DNA from: Deltaproteobacteria bacterium TL4 | GTDB taxonomy: Bacteria; SAR324; NAC60-12 | Assembly (NCBI GenBank): GCA_051382335.1 | Contig: JBBCAX010000253.1 | Span: 1 to 64,000 of the forward strand | Reading direction: 5' to 3' | DNA: 64,000 bases | In this document: positions 1-10,207 of the stretch, piece by piece | How positions within the stretch are numbered: position 1 is the stretch's first letter | Layout: each line of letters starts with the position of its first letter | Notes under the pieces: generated by a model | Seen by the model: only the letters and a program-made list of their open reading frames with translations | What the model was told of the DNA's origin: nothing | Databases searched by the model: none | Translations under genes and position numbers: made by a program

Positions 1-3
1 CGC

Positions 4-50
4 GGTAGAAGGAGCGTCCCGCTCCTTAAAAAAGGCGGGACGCCTTTTCT
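4..50. repeat. GTAG-type REP-like palindrome pair
   Basis: gtagaaggagcgtcccgctcctt ... aaggcgggacgccttttctac imperfect inverted pair. Confidence 0.55.
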
Positions 51-280
51 ACTATTTCGTTTAATTTCCCAAACTCTATAGGCTAAATTAGGAAACCCCC
101 TTAGGTATCTCAAGACACTCCCCCATCGGTTGGACTCGCCCCCTGTTAAATTTTTCAATAGCATTACAAAAACGCTATGTCAAACTATAACAGCCTTCTT
201 CAACTTTTAATTTTTCGGAACAGTTGATTTTTGGACGCTGTCCCTTGCTGAGCCTCCAAACGGTTTTTTTTTCTTCCTTG

Positions 281-515
281 CGTCTTTTTTTAAGACCTGT
301 TCACTTATTAAGTAATAGTGGTGACGGCTTTGCGCAGGTTTTGAATTTTTTCAAAGGGATCCCTGTTTCGCATGTAAATTTTTCAGGTTTTTGGGTTCTC
401 AGTTGATCAAAGTGGCTCATTGGTCCTCCTTACAATGTATTTGAAATTCTGAAAAGCTGTAAAGGAGGATGCTAGCAAACCCGCAAAATCCAGGTTTATT
501 TTGGAAAGATGTCTA
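281..515 (-). mobile_element. IS left-end remnant with decayed transposase N-terminus (IS5/ISL2, IS702-like?), copy 1
   Basis: Inverted near-identical copy of 35314-35456 + 35792-35892; end TAGACATCTTTCC; minus strand reads RBS then MSHFDQLRTQKPEKFTCETGIPLKKF followed by frameshifts/stops. Confidence 0.6.
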
Positions 516-761
516 CTGGGCTAAAACGTCAGAAAGGACATCAATACTGACAGGTTTGGTTAAATAACCGGCCATCCCGATTTCCCGCACTTTTTGCTGT
601 GTTTCCAGAAAGGCGTCTGCTGTCAGCGCTATGATAGGAATGTGTTCACAACCGGAGTGAGCATGGAGGGCTTTCGTGGCGTCAAACCCGTCCATTTGGG
701 GCATTCGGATGTCCATGCTGAGCAAGTTCAGATTGCCACTGTGGTTTCCATGGGAGCTCAT
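513..761 (-). pseudogene. Receiver-domain fragment
   Basis: MDIRMPQMDG..PIIALTA..GYLTKP motifs; N-terminal acidic pocket absent; stop codon lies in the IS end. Confidence 0.7.
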
Positions 762-803
762 TCGTACTCTATAAGATTATAGAGCGTTGCCAACACCGTT
801 ACG

Positions 804-2105
804 CTAGTTTCTGGCTTTCATCGAATTGGGTTGTCCGGTTGCCGCCAACACCGATCGCCACAAGGTACTCTGTTTAGGAACAAGGACTTTTCGCTCAGAC
901 GTTGCCAGGTGAATCGGGAGATTGATGAAAACATTATTCCAAAAACCAACGACCATCCCCGTTTTCCCTGCCAATCCCGCATGAACCGCGTTTTGCGCGA
1001 GGAAACCACAAAACACGGAATCCTCTTCGTTTGCGGGAACACTGCGTATGATATAACTTGGATCAATGTATTTCAAGTTAATGCTGATGCCTTCCTTTGT
1101 AAAATATCGGTTGATTTCTTCTTTTAAGAAAACGCCGATATCTCCAAGTTTGATATTTCCTGAAGCATCTTTACCTTTTCCTTTCTTGAAATATTTTTGT
1201 CCTGCCCCTTCAGCGATCAGGATCACCGCATGTCCCCTGGCGAGCATCCGTTGTTTTAAAGTGGGGAGAAAAGCCCCTTCGCCTTCAAGGTCAAAATCTT
1301 CTTCAGGAATCAAAACGAAATTCACATCCCGTGAGGCCAAGGCGGCATTAACCGTAATAAAACCGGAATGCCTTCCCATCAGTTTCACCAAACCAATCCC
1401 ATTAGGAGCGCCTTTGGCTTCAGCATGAGCACAGGATACCGCTTCCACGGCTTTTGAAAAAGCGGTTGAAAAACCAAAGGTTTTATGGATCATGTTGATG
1501 TCATTATCAATGGTTTTCGGAATCCCAATAATTGATATTTTTTCTCCTCGACGCTTTATTTCCTCATAGAGGGCTTGCGCGCCTTTCAAGGTACCATCCC
1601 CTCCAATACAAAACAGGATTTTGATTCCCTGTTCAATTAAGGACTGGACCATTTCCTTATAATCTTGAGGGCCACGGGACGAAGAGAGGAAAGAGCCGCC
1701 ACTAGTATGAATTTCAGCAACGACATTAGGTGTCAGATTTACGGGTTCGTAACCATTTTTTTTGATCAACCCCGCAAAACCGTACTGGAAACCAATAACC
1801 CGTTTGATTTTATAGCGGTAATATAATTCCATGACGATCGCTCGGATCACATCGTTGATACCAGGACATAAGCCTCCACAGGTGACAATCCCCGCTGAGT
1901 TCCATGCCGGGTCAAAATATATTTTTTCCAAAGGACCCGCCTGTTCGAAAAATAGAGGTCCATTTTTGTAATAGTCATCAACCTCTTTTTTGTTCTTGAA
2001 CAGAACTTGATATAAAACGACTGCGTCTTTTGAAACATAGTTTTCATAACCCGCAGGATTCGTAATGGTACATTCACCTAAACTGTCCACTTTGCTATCT
2101 AACAT
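804..2105 (-). CDS. pfkA: ATP-dependent 6-phosphofructokinase (PPi-PFK-related clade)
   Basis: [31 protein letters not shown] motifs. Confidence 0.92.
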   Translation of the reverse strand: MLDSKVDSLGECTITNPAGYENYVSKDAVVLYQVLFKNKKEVDDYYKNGPLFFEQAGPLEKIYFDPAWNSAGIVTCGGLCPGINDVIRAIVMELYYRYKIKRVIGFQYGFAGLIKKNGYEPVNLTPNVVAEIHTSGGSFLSSSRGPQDYKEMVQSLIEQGIKILFCIGGDGTLKGAQALYEEIKRRGEKISIIGIPKTIDNDINMIHKTFGFSTAFSKAVEAVSCAHAEAKGAPNGIGLVKLMGRHSGFITVNAALASRDVNFVLIPEEDFDLEGEGAFLPTLKQRMLARGHAVILIAEGAGQKYFKKGKGKDASGNIKLGDIGVFLKEEINRYFTKEGISINLKYIDPSYIIRSVPANEEDSVFCGFLAQNAVHAGLAGKTGMVVGFWNNVFINLPIHLATSERKVLVPKQSTLWRSVLAATGQPNSMKARN

Positions 2106-2398
2106 GATTTTTCCTCAATTAACGATTTTAGAATTTTAGAATAAGGATAAGGGGTCTCTGTAGTCCTGTTGATTTTGGGGAATTTCTTATTATTTAGCAA
2201 ATTTGAATCGTCGAGTAAACAAACATCTCTCTTTTATCTACCAACTTGGTTTGATTTATGGCATGACTTCTCAGAGGAAGTAGAGATTCCCCGTCATGCT
2301 TGCCTCAAAAGTTATCAGTTTTCAGTCGTCAGTTTATTAAAATCAGTGTTTAACTGCGACTGAAGCGTTATGCACCCATTAATAACCAAGGAAAAAAG

Positions 2399-2887
2399 AT
2401 GTCTGAAACAAGTTTTGATACCGACGCTATGGAAAAAGTGCCTGGATTTCTGTTTGTGGATCACATTGCCATTGCGATCAAACCCGGAGAACTCGATACT
2501 CAAGTGTCCGCATATCAAAGTCTGGGCTTCAAAGAAACACATCGGGAAGAGATAGGTGGAAAGGATCTGGTGAGGGAGTCTTTATTGCGGATAGGAAATA
2601 GTCCGAATTTGATTCAGTTGCTGGAACCCACAAGCCCAGACTCTCCTGTTCAAAAAATGATTGAGCGTAGTGGTGGAAAAGGGGGTTTGGCGCACGTAGG
2701 ATTCCGGGTCAAGGATATTCAGGCCGCCTTTCAGTATTTGAAAGCGGAAGGTTTCAACCTCATTGACGCCGCGCCACGTCCCGGTTCCCGCGGAACGACC
2801 GTGTTTTTTATTCATCCAAAATCCAAAGCGGAAGCACCCTTCGGCGTTTTGTTTGAAGTGGTTGAAGATCCTAACGCAAAGGCATAA
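2399..2887 (+). CDS. mce: Methylmalonyl-CoA epimerase (VOC family)
   Basis: VDHIAIA, IQLLEP, GLAHVGFRV, FFIHPK, GVLFEVVE. Confidence 0.85.
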   Translation: MSETSFDTDAMEKVPGFLFVDHIAIAIKPGELDTQVSAYQSLGFKETHREEIGGKDLVRESLLRIGNSPNLIQLLEPTSPDSPVQKMIERSGGKGGLAHVGFRVKDIQAAFQYLKAEGFNLIDAAPRPGSRGTTVFFIHPKSKAEAPFGVLFEVVEDPNAKA

Positions 2888-2888
2888 C

Positions 2889-3878
2889 ATGGATTCTAAA
2901 GCACTTAAGGTGTTGGTGGTTGGCGGTGCGGGGTATATTGGGAGTCATGTAACGAAAGCCTTGATCCAGGCAGGGCACTCACCCATTGTTTTTGATAATT
3001 TAAGCAGTGGCTTGAGGCAAAATTTGTTACCGGGTGTTCCCTTTGTCTATGGAAATGTTTTGATCCCGGATCAAATACGGGAAACGCTGACTGAACCGAT
3101 GGATGCCATCATCCATCTGGCGGCTTTAAAAGCGGCAGGGGAATCCATGCTTAAACCTGAAAAATACGCAGTGCAAAACATGACAGGAACCCTCAACTTG
3201 CTCAATGCGGCACTTGAGGCGGGGATTGATAAATTTATTTTTTCATCAACCGCCGCGGTTTATGGAACCCCTGAATATACCCCTCTGGATGAAGCTCATC
3301 CTACGCGGCCTACCAATTTTTATGGTTATACCAAATTGGAAATTGAAGCGCTCTTGAAATGGTATGATCAACTTAAGGGCTTGAAATATGCAAGTTTGAG
3401 GTACTTTAACGCGGCAGGCTATGATGTGGATGGCGAGCTTCGAGGCTTAGAGCAATCGCCCAATAATCTTTTACCCATAGTGATGGAAACCATTTTTGGA
3501 AAACGACCTTATTTGGAAATTTTTGGTGATGATTATGATACGCCTGATGGGAGTTGTATCAGGGATTATATCCATGTAAGCGATCTAGCGGCAGGACACG
3601 TCAAAGCCTTGGGCTATCTCATGGAGCAAAAGCAGAGTTTGACGGTTAACTTGGGAACCTCCAAGGGCTTGAGTGTTTTTGAGGTGGTTAAAGTGGCCAA
3701 AGAACTGTCTGGCGTCGATTTCAAAGTCAAGGTTGTTGAGAAACGTCCTGGCGATCCTGCGGTGGTACTGTCCACTTACGAAAAAGCTAACAAGCTTTTA
3801 GGCTGGGCGCCAAAGCACAGTGATGTCAAAACCCTGATCAAAACGATGTTAGCCGTTTATCAAGCACAAAGGGGTTGA
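2889..3878 (+). CDS. galE: UDP-glucose 4-epimerase
   Basis: GGAGYIGSH, FSSTAAVYG, YxxxK, LRYFNAAG, DGSCIRDYIHV; ATG at 2889 just after the mce stop. Confidence 0.93.
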   Translation: MDSKALKVLVVGGAGYIGSHVTKALIQAGHSPIVFDNLSSGLRQNLLPGVPFVYGNVLIPDQIRETLTEPMDAIIHLAALKAAGESMLKPEKYAVQNMTGTLNLLNAALEAGIDKFIFSSTAAVYGTPEYTPLDEAHPTRPTNFYGYTKLEIEALLKWYDQLKGLKYASLRYFNAAGYDVDGELRGLEQSPNNLLPIVMETIFGKRPYLEIFGDDYDTPDGSCIRDYIHVSDLAAGHVKALGYLMEQKQSLTVNLGTSKGLSVFEVVKVAKELSGVDFKVKVVEKRPGDPAVVLSTYEKANKLLGWAPKHSDVKTLIKTMLAVYQAQRG

Positions 3879-3939
3879 GCCTGTGATGAAGGAACATCCG
3901 GTATTGAATGAATTTATTTGCAGTCCCTAACGAGGTGCC

Positions 3940-4179
3940 ATGATTGATTATGAAAACAGCTCTCCGATTCAATGCCGACGCTGTGGCGAAACATCCGCTT
4001 ATCCCCTTGAAACAGGATATCGTTGTGAAGCTTGTAATTATGAGATGAGCTGGAGTTTCTTTAAAATGGAAAAATTGAAATGTGGATGCGATCGCTGTCA
4101 AGAAGATCTAAAACAGGAATTTTGGAAAGAGATTCCTCCTCATCAATTGGGTAAGGATTATTCCAATTTTCAGATTTAG
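3940..4179 (+). CDS. Small Cys-rich putative zinc-binding protein
   Basis: GAGGT RBS; CxxC, CxxC, CxCxxC; same strand as neighbours. Confidence 0.6.
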   Translation: MIDYENSSPIQCRRCGETSAYPLETGYRCEACNYEMSWSFFKMEKLKCGCDRCQEDLKQEFWKEIPPHQLGKDYSNFQI

Positions 4180-4320
4180 TGTTTTATTTGATTCGCATTC
4201 CTAAGCCCCGCTTGTGTTCCCGGAAAAAGCGTTATCGAAGAGGATACGCTTGAAAATTTACTCTCAACGAGTCCATGGCCTCAGGATCTCGTTTAACCCT
4301 CAATCACGAGTAAGGAGCTT

Positions 4321-5685
4321 ATGTTACCTGACCATTTCAAATTCACACTACCTACCAACGTTATTTATGGCGTAGGAATTTTAGGACATATCGGAGAGTT
4401 TGCAAAAGCTTTCGGCAAACGTAGAGCGATTTTAGTGACCGACAAGATTTTAACCCAATTGGGACCTGTCGAAAAAGTCAAAACCGGATTTAAAGATTCC
4501 TTGATCGAGATCGTTTGTACCTTTGACAAAGTTCCTCCCAACTCTACGATCGAGACAGTCGAAGATTGCGCTCAACTGGGTAAAAAAAATGAGTGTGACC
4601 TGATCATTGCCATAGGTGGTGGAAGTGTCATGGATACGGCAAAAGTGGCCAATATCCTCATGGTCAAAGGGGGCAGAGTCCAGGATCACATGGGGGCTTA
4701 CTTGTTGGGGACAGAACTGTTGCACCCCAGTATTTTGATTCCAACCACGGCAGGGACAGGTTCCGAGGTTTCCAAAGTCGCCATTATTGCGGACTTGAAA
4801 AATAATTTAAAATTACCTTTTGCCGAAAATCAGTTTTCAGCCAGTTTAGCCGTTCTGGATCCTGAAGTCACCCTCATGATGCCGCCCAAACTGACCGCAA
4901 TAACAGGGCTGGAGGCACTGACACACGCTATAGAAGCTTATGTCAGCAAAAAAGGATCTCCTGTCTCTGAGGCCTTGGCCTTACACGCGATTAAAATGAT
5001 CCATGATAACATCCTGGTTGCCACGGCACATCCCAAAAACCTTGAAGCCCGTGGCGCCATGCTGGTGGCCAGTTGTATCGCGGGCATTGCCTCCTCTCAT
5101 TCCTTGTACGGAATGGTCCATGCGATTTCACAAGCATTGGGAGGGATTTATCACATCCCTCATGGTTTGGCGAATGCGTTGGTTTTGCCTGAAGTCATGG
5201 AGTATAACCTGAAGTCCAGCCTGGAGCGTTTTGTGGATATTTCCGAAGCCTTGGGCCTTTCCTTTGCGCACCCTGTCACGATCAGTCAAAGTATTCTTCA
5301 AAGTCATAGACACCAGTTGCCTTATCCTCAATTAACGAATATGGGAATGAAAGCCCTGGCGCGTTTGAACGGTATTGATCGGTACGTTCAAAAGCAACAG
5401 GCAAAAGCGGGAATTGAACGGGTTCGGGTACTTAATCGACAGTTGGCACACTTAACAGGCATGCCCTTAAATCTCAAGGATGCAGGGATTGACGATCACT
5501 TGGGAAAAATAGAGCAAGTCGCCACAATCGCAATGCAAGATGAAACCATGCTTTACAATCCTCGAAAGCCCGAACAGGAGGCCGTCATCAAGATGGTTCG
5601 TCGGCTTTACAATGATAAAAGTATGCCACTGGTTGTGGTGGAGAACGAGTTTCGTCCGGCGCATTCTCCTTTGATTTTGAAATAA
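4321..5685 (+). CDS. Iron-containing alcohol dehydrogenase family protein
   Basis: GGGSVMDTAK, IPTTAGTGSE, ALTHAIEAY, PHGLANA; AAGGAG RBS. Confidence 0.9.
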   Translation: MLPDHFKFTLPTNVIYGVGILGHIGEFAKAFGKRRAILVTDKILTQLGPVEKVKTGFKDSLIEIVCTFDKVPPNSTIETVEDCAQLGKKNECDLIIAIGGGSVMDTAKVANILMVKGGRVQDHMGAYLLGTELLHPSILIPTTAGTGSEVSKVAIIADLKNNLKLPFAENQFSASLAVLDPEVTLMMPPKLTAITGLEALTHAIEAYVSKKGSPVSEALALHAIKMIHDNILVATAHPKNLEARGAMLVASCIAGIASSHSLYGMVHAISQALGGIYHIPHGLANALVLPEVMEYNLKSSLERFVDISEALGLSFAHPVTISQSILQSHRHQLPYPQLTNMGMKALARLNGIDRYVQKQQAKAGIERVRVLNRQLAHLTGMPLNLKDAGIDDHLGKIEQVATIAMQDETMLYNPRKPEQEAVIKMVRRLYNDKSMPLVVVENEFRPAHSPLILK

Positions 5686-5695
5686 CAGGAAAATC

Positions 5696-6562
5696 ATGGG
5701 GCAGCCATTACCGGTTATTGGAATCCTGGGAATGGGTTTTTTGGGGAAAGCCTTAAAGGAACGCTTTCTTTGGAATGCTCAATCCTGGGGGACGTATCGG
5801 CAGGAATCATCCGGATCCACAGAGGAAAACCAAACGTTTGGCAGAGTCGCGTTTGATTGGGGGGATCCGGATACCTGGTCGAATTTGCCCGAAAGCGAAG
5901 CGCTGCTGGTCTTAACGATTCCGCCTGTTTTTACGGACGTTGCTGAGGAAACAGCTCGCCTAAAAGACTGGGGAAAATGGATGAAATCCCATCGCCCTTT
6001 GCACACGCGGTTAATCTATATTTCTTCCACGGGTGTCTATCCTCAGCAAGAGGGAAGCTGGTCTGAGGCTTCAAACTTTGAACCGGATCAAAATTCGGGT
6101 CTTTTGCGGTTAATGACGGAACAAAGCTTGAAAATGTTTTTTCAGCTCTCTGTTGTCCGGGCGGGTGGCATTTATGGTCCGGATCGAAATGTACTGACCC
6201 GGATTCTGCAAAACAAACCCCTCCATCGAACGCGGCACCCGACTCATCGTGTCCATGTTACCGATCTGGCCCGCATTGTTCACTTGTTGCTCCACCATCC
6301 CGCTCCTCCCGAAATTGTGAATGCCGTAGACAATGAGCCTTTATCGAGTACAGAAGTCTTAAATTGGTTACGGACGCACCCCAAACTGCGCTTTGACATC
6401 GAGAAAGGATCCTTACCCCCTGAGTCCAATACGCCTGACACCCTCTCAAGGCGCTACATAACCAATACCCTTCTACAAAAACAATTAAATTTTCAATTTC
6501 AATACCCTTCATTTCGTGAAGGCTATGCGGAAATCTTAAGGCTACCGACCAAAGCCTGGTAG
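5696..6562 (+). CDS. NAD-dependent epimerase/SDR-like protein (YeeZ-like)
   Basis: GILGMGFLG, YISSTGVY, RAGGIYGP, RVHVTDLA, YPSFREG. Confidence 0.82.
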   Translation: MGQPLPVIGILGMGFLGKALKERFLWNAQSWGTYRQESSGSTEENQTFGRVAFDWGDPDTWSNLPESEALLVLTIPPVFTDVAEETARLKDWGKWMKSHRPLHTRLIYISSTGVYPQQEGSWSEASNFEPDQNSGLLRLMTEQSLKMFFQLSVVRAGGIYGPDRNVLTRILQNKPLHRTRHPTHRVHVTDLARIVHLLLHHPAPPEIVNAVDNEPLSSTEVLNWLRTHPKLRFDIEKGSLPPESNTPDTLSRRYITNTLLQKQLNFQFQYPSFREGYAEILRLPTKAW

Positions 6563-6569
6563 TTCTGGT

Positions 6570-7217
6570 CTAGAACACAAGCACATAAACATACGCGATC
6601 GCTTCAAAAAAGACACTCCGTACTCCAGCGCTTGAGCGCCACCATTGCTCAGGCGCAAAGTCTTTTTCTTCAATAGCGATCACGCCTACGTTAATGGAGG
6701 AGGGGACCACTTGACGTAACAAATAATGACTTCTTCGGGCATGAACTCCTGAGGTTATCAAGTTGATACCCTGAGTCTGAGGATGCGCTGAAAGCCATCG
6801 TTTTACCTCCACCATGGAAGTGTACGTCCGGTCTTTTTTGACAGAATTTGCGGGTAAAGAGACAATTTTATCTGCGCTTATGCCCATCTTTTGTAAGGAA
6901 GCGGCAGAAAGCTCCGCCGTAGTTTTGTATTCAGACAAATACTCTCCCACACTTAAAGGAACACCTACAGTCAGTAAATATTGATATTTTTCTGTATTGA
7001 AGGTTGAAACAGCGGCTTGAAGGACATAATCGGGAACCCATCCCTCAACAACCATCACTTCGGCGGAGACAGGTCTTGTAGGCGCCAAAAATGAGTAGAT
7101 TGAGTGAACCAAGGTTAACAACAATAAGGACAATCCTCCCAGAATGAGGACCAGTCCCCTGAATGTAGGAAGGTAGATTTCTTTTTTGTGAAATAATTTT
7201 AAATTGGGTATTGTCAT
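6570..7217 (-). CDS. YdcF/ElyC/SanA (DUF218) family membrane-anchored protein
   Basis: N-terminal TM helix, VVEGW, DRTY, ITSGVHARRS; start uncertain (7217 or 7259). Confidence 0.75.
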   Translation of the reverse strand: MTIPNLKLFHKKEIYLPTFRGLVLILGGLSLLLLTLVHSIYSFLAPTRPVSAEVMVVEGWVPDYVLQAAVSTFNTEKYQYLLTVGVPLSVGEYLSEYKTTAELSAASLQKMGISADKIVSLPANSVKKDRTYTSMVEVKRWLSAHPQTQGINLITSGVHARRSHYLLRQVVPSSINVGVIAIEEKDFAPEQWWRSSAGVRSVFFEAIAYVYVLVF

Positions 7218-7496
7218 AGTAGTTCCCTGCTTCGATGGTGACGCTATGGAGCAATGCAAGAGTCATACTGGACCCTTGTCTCAGAATTGATGAAGAAAAA
7301 ATAAACATTTTTTCCCAAGTTCAGCCAAGCATCGTATCCTGTCCCTTACGGCAAACCTTAGGCACCGAAGATCCCACGGGTTTCGCCCTTGCCTTTCGCT
7401 AAGTGTTCATGGTATCTAACATGTGGAAGAGGTTGGGATGATGAAAACAAGGGGCAACTAGCCTTCTTAAAGGGCTCCTGTTTTACTTCTTGGATT

Positions 7497-7586
7497 CCGT
7501 GTTCGTGAGACGTCCCCGTGCTCATGAACGAATTGAAAGGGGGCGAGCACGAGCACGATTCACGGAGACAAACACGAGAACACGAC
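7497..7586. repeat. CACGAG/CTCGTG-type imperfect inverted repeat cluster
   Basis: cgtgttcgtg..cgtgctc versus gagcacgagcacga..cacgagaacacga. Confidence 0.5.
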
Positions 7587-7681
7587 TTTTGGAAAAAAAT
7601 CATTATCTTTCAAGTGTCTTTTAATCATCTCAGACTGGACCTTAGATAAAACCATCATCAGATACCAATTAAGGAGAGAAT

Positions 7682-10198
7682 ATGGCAGCAGCGGCAGAGC
7701 AAAAGCAACATAAAATCAAAGAGCCCAAGGGACTTTCTCCTCGAATATCGTGGTTGAGGGACTATTTTTTTAAGGGTGTTGAACGGAAATGGAATAACGA
7801 ATATACCGTGTGGACAACAGGCACCCCTTGGGATACCATCTATGACGAAATCACTTTCTATATTGTCCCTGAAAATTATCCGTTTATTCAAACTTTCGGC
7901 GCGTCTCTTCATCACGCGGCTCATCCTGTCAAACTTCATAAAGACTTCTGGTCCTGGAGACTCCCGGAACGAAAGGCCTGGTTTGTTAAAGAAGTCATGG
8001 TTCATTATGTCCCTCAGGAAATTTTGCCTGGAGATCTGATTGCGGGAGGCCGTTTTAATATCCAAACTTCTTTATGCTTGAACCAGAAAGAAACAAACGC
8101 CCGGAATAAGGCCATAGAAGGAAAAAATGGGGTTCGGGCCAAAACCAAATGGTTTCATGATCATGGCTACGGCAATACTGGCGCCACCAGTGGGCATTTG
8201 ATTCCTGGACACGAAAATGTGCTTAAAATCGGATGGAAAGGGATTCATGCAGACTTGGAATGGCGGTATCAAAATTTGAGCAAAAGAGCGCAGCGAGGAA
8301 ACAAAGGCGCGCAGCTTAGAGCCATGATGACCGCGGCAACGATGCCTAAGGAACTCGGGGCAAAGTACGCAAAACTCTGCTGGAACCTTGCCGGCTCAGA
8401 GCAGGAGGCTTCCCGTAAAAAAGAACTGCAAACCATGGCTCAAAACTTAGGCAAAGTTCCTTGGGAACCGGCCACCAATTTTTGGGAAGCGTTACAGGCT
8501 TTGTGGCTCAATCACATGCTCGTGATGAGTGACGAAAATTTTCCTGGTCCAGGAACTTCTTTCGGGAGATTTGATCAATACCTCTTTCCCTATTGGAAAC
8601 AGTCTCTTGCCGAGGGAATGGACCGGGAAGGAGGAAAGGAATTGCTTAAGTGCTTCTGGATCCATGCCAATACCGCTTATGACGCGATGATTCGTGTAGG
8701 CGGCAATCAGGGGATTACCGCGGCATACGGTCAATTGATCAGCCTTTCCGGAATGGGCGAAGGCGGCAGGGATCTGACGAATGATTTAACCTATGCCCTT
8801 ATGGAAGTGATTGATGAAATGTCCCCGATTCTTGAGCCGAAGCCTAATGTCAGACTGCATCGGAACACTCCGGATGAATTTTTGGACAAAGTCGTGGAGT
8901 TGATCTCCTCAAGCCAGGGCGCTCCCTTTTTGCTTAATTTTGACGAACGCTCCATGGCAGGCTTGATGCGGGAAGCAAAAAAAGCCAAAGTAACCCATTT
9001 GATTAACGAATATAATGTCTTTGACTATGCTTCAGTGGGATGCTTGGAAAATACAATGGTCGGCAACGACCGGTCTGGTACCGTCGATAGCAATTTGAAT
9101 TTGTTCAAAGCGGTGGAGCTTGCGCTGACTGGTGGTAAAGCGCTGGTTCCTTATTCAGACCCGGTTATGGGAAAGAAATATCCCCTCTATCAGGAAGGAC
9201 CGCAAACAGAAGACGCAACAACTTTTGAAACCTGGGATGAATTCTGGGCAGCCTATGAAAAACAAACACAATACATTGTTCGAAAGTGCGTGAATCTTTA
9301 TGAAAAGTCTGAGTCCCTACGAGCCGAATTTGCGCCTACCCCTTATCTTTCCTGTTTAGTGAAAGGTTGCGCGGAAAAAGGACGGGACATTACTCAAGGC
9401 GGGGCTGAATTGAGTTTTACAACAATGGAAGGGGTGACTTATGCGACTACCGTGGATTCATTACTGGCTATCAAATACCTGGTGTTTGATAAAAAACTGT
9501 GTTCAATGAGCGAGTTGATTCAGGCCCTACAAGCGAACTGGGAAGGATTTGAGGTTTTACAGGCCAGAGCCAAATACAAAGCGCCTAAATATGGACGCGA
9601 TGAGAAGGAAGCCGATGACCTGGCAAAAAGAGTGATGGATCTTTGGACCGAAGAAACCTGGAAACATAAAACCAAAGCCACCCGTCGTCAATTCAGGCCA
9701 GGTATGTTGAGTTGGAATTATTGGGTGAGCGATGGCAGCGTTTTGCCGGCAAGTCCTGATGGCCGGAGCAAGGGACAATTTCTGTCAAATGCCATCTGTC
9801 CCGCTAATGGCGCGGATATTAAAGGGCCGACCGCAAATACAAACTCGGTAGGGAACGCCTTGGGAGGAAAGATGCTTAAGGGAAAAGGCGACTGGGATGA
9901 TTATCTGAATTCGCTTCCCAATGGCGCCAGTCATACGATGACCTTTAATCCTTCAATTCTAAAGGATCCAGAGCATGTTTCGAAATTTAAAGCCTTTCTT
10001 CGAGGGTATGTCGAAAATGGTGGAACCGCGTTACAGGTGAATATCCTTGATCGTGAAATGTTGATTGACGCGCAAAAACACCCTCAGGATTACCGGCATT
10101 TGCTGGTTAGAATTACCGGTTACAATGCCTATTTTGTGAGCATCGGAAAAGAGCTTCAAGATGAAGTCATTGCCAGACTCAGCCATGAACAGATGTAG
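7682..10198 (+). CDS. Glycyl radical enzyme (PFL superfamily), substrate unknown
   Basis: GRFDQYL, single-Cys loop SVGCLE, KYG, ASPDGR, Gly loop LLVRITGYNAYF near C-terminus; AAGGAG RBS. Confidence 0.93.
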   Translation: MAAAAEQKQHKIKEPKGLSPRISWLRDYFFKGVERKWNNEYTVWTTGTPWDTIYDEITFYIVPENYPFIQTFGASLHHAAHPVKLHKDFWSWRLPERKAWFVKEVMVHYVPQEILPGDLIAGGRFNIQTSLCLNQKETNARNKAIEGKNGVRAKTKWFHDHGYGNTGATSGHLIPGHENVLKIGWKGIHADLEWRYQNLSKRAQRGNKGAQLRAMMTAATMPKELGAKYAKLCWNLAGSEQEASRKKELQTMAQNLGKVPWEPATNFWEALQALWLNHMLVMSDENFPGPGTSFGRFDQYLFPYWKQSLAEGMDREGGKELLKCFWIHANTAYDAMIRVGGNQGITAAYGQLISLSGMGEGGRDLTNDLTYALMEVIDEMSPILEPKPNVRLHRNTPDEFLDKVVELISSSQGAPFLLNFDERSMAGLMREAKKAKVTHLINEYNVFDYASVGCLENTMVGNDRSGTVDSNLNLFKAVELALTGGKALVPYSDPVMGKKYPLYQEGPQTEDATTFETWDEFWAAYEKQTQYIVRKCVNLYEKSESLRAEFAPTPYLSCLVKGCAEKGRDITQGGAELSFTTMEGVTYATTVDSLLAIKYLVFDKKLCSMSELIQALQANWEGFEVLQARAKYKAPKYGRDEKEADDLAKRVMDLWTEETWKHKTKATRRQFRPGMLSWNYWVSDGSVLPASPDGRSKGQFLSNAICPANGADIKGPTANTNSVGNALGGKMLKGKGDWDDYLNSLPNGASHTMTFNPSILKDPEHVSKFKAFLRGYVENGGTALQVNILDREMLIDAQKHPQDYRHLLVRITGYNAYFVSIGKELQDEVIARLSHEQM

Positions 10199-10207
10199 GT
10201 GTATTTG

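Noticed and set aside
7682..10198. Pyruvate formate-lyase (pflB)
   Set aside because: Single Cys in GCLE rather than CC; activase has a ferredoxin insert
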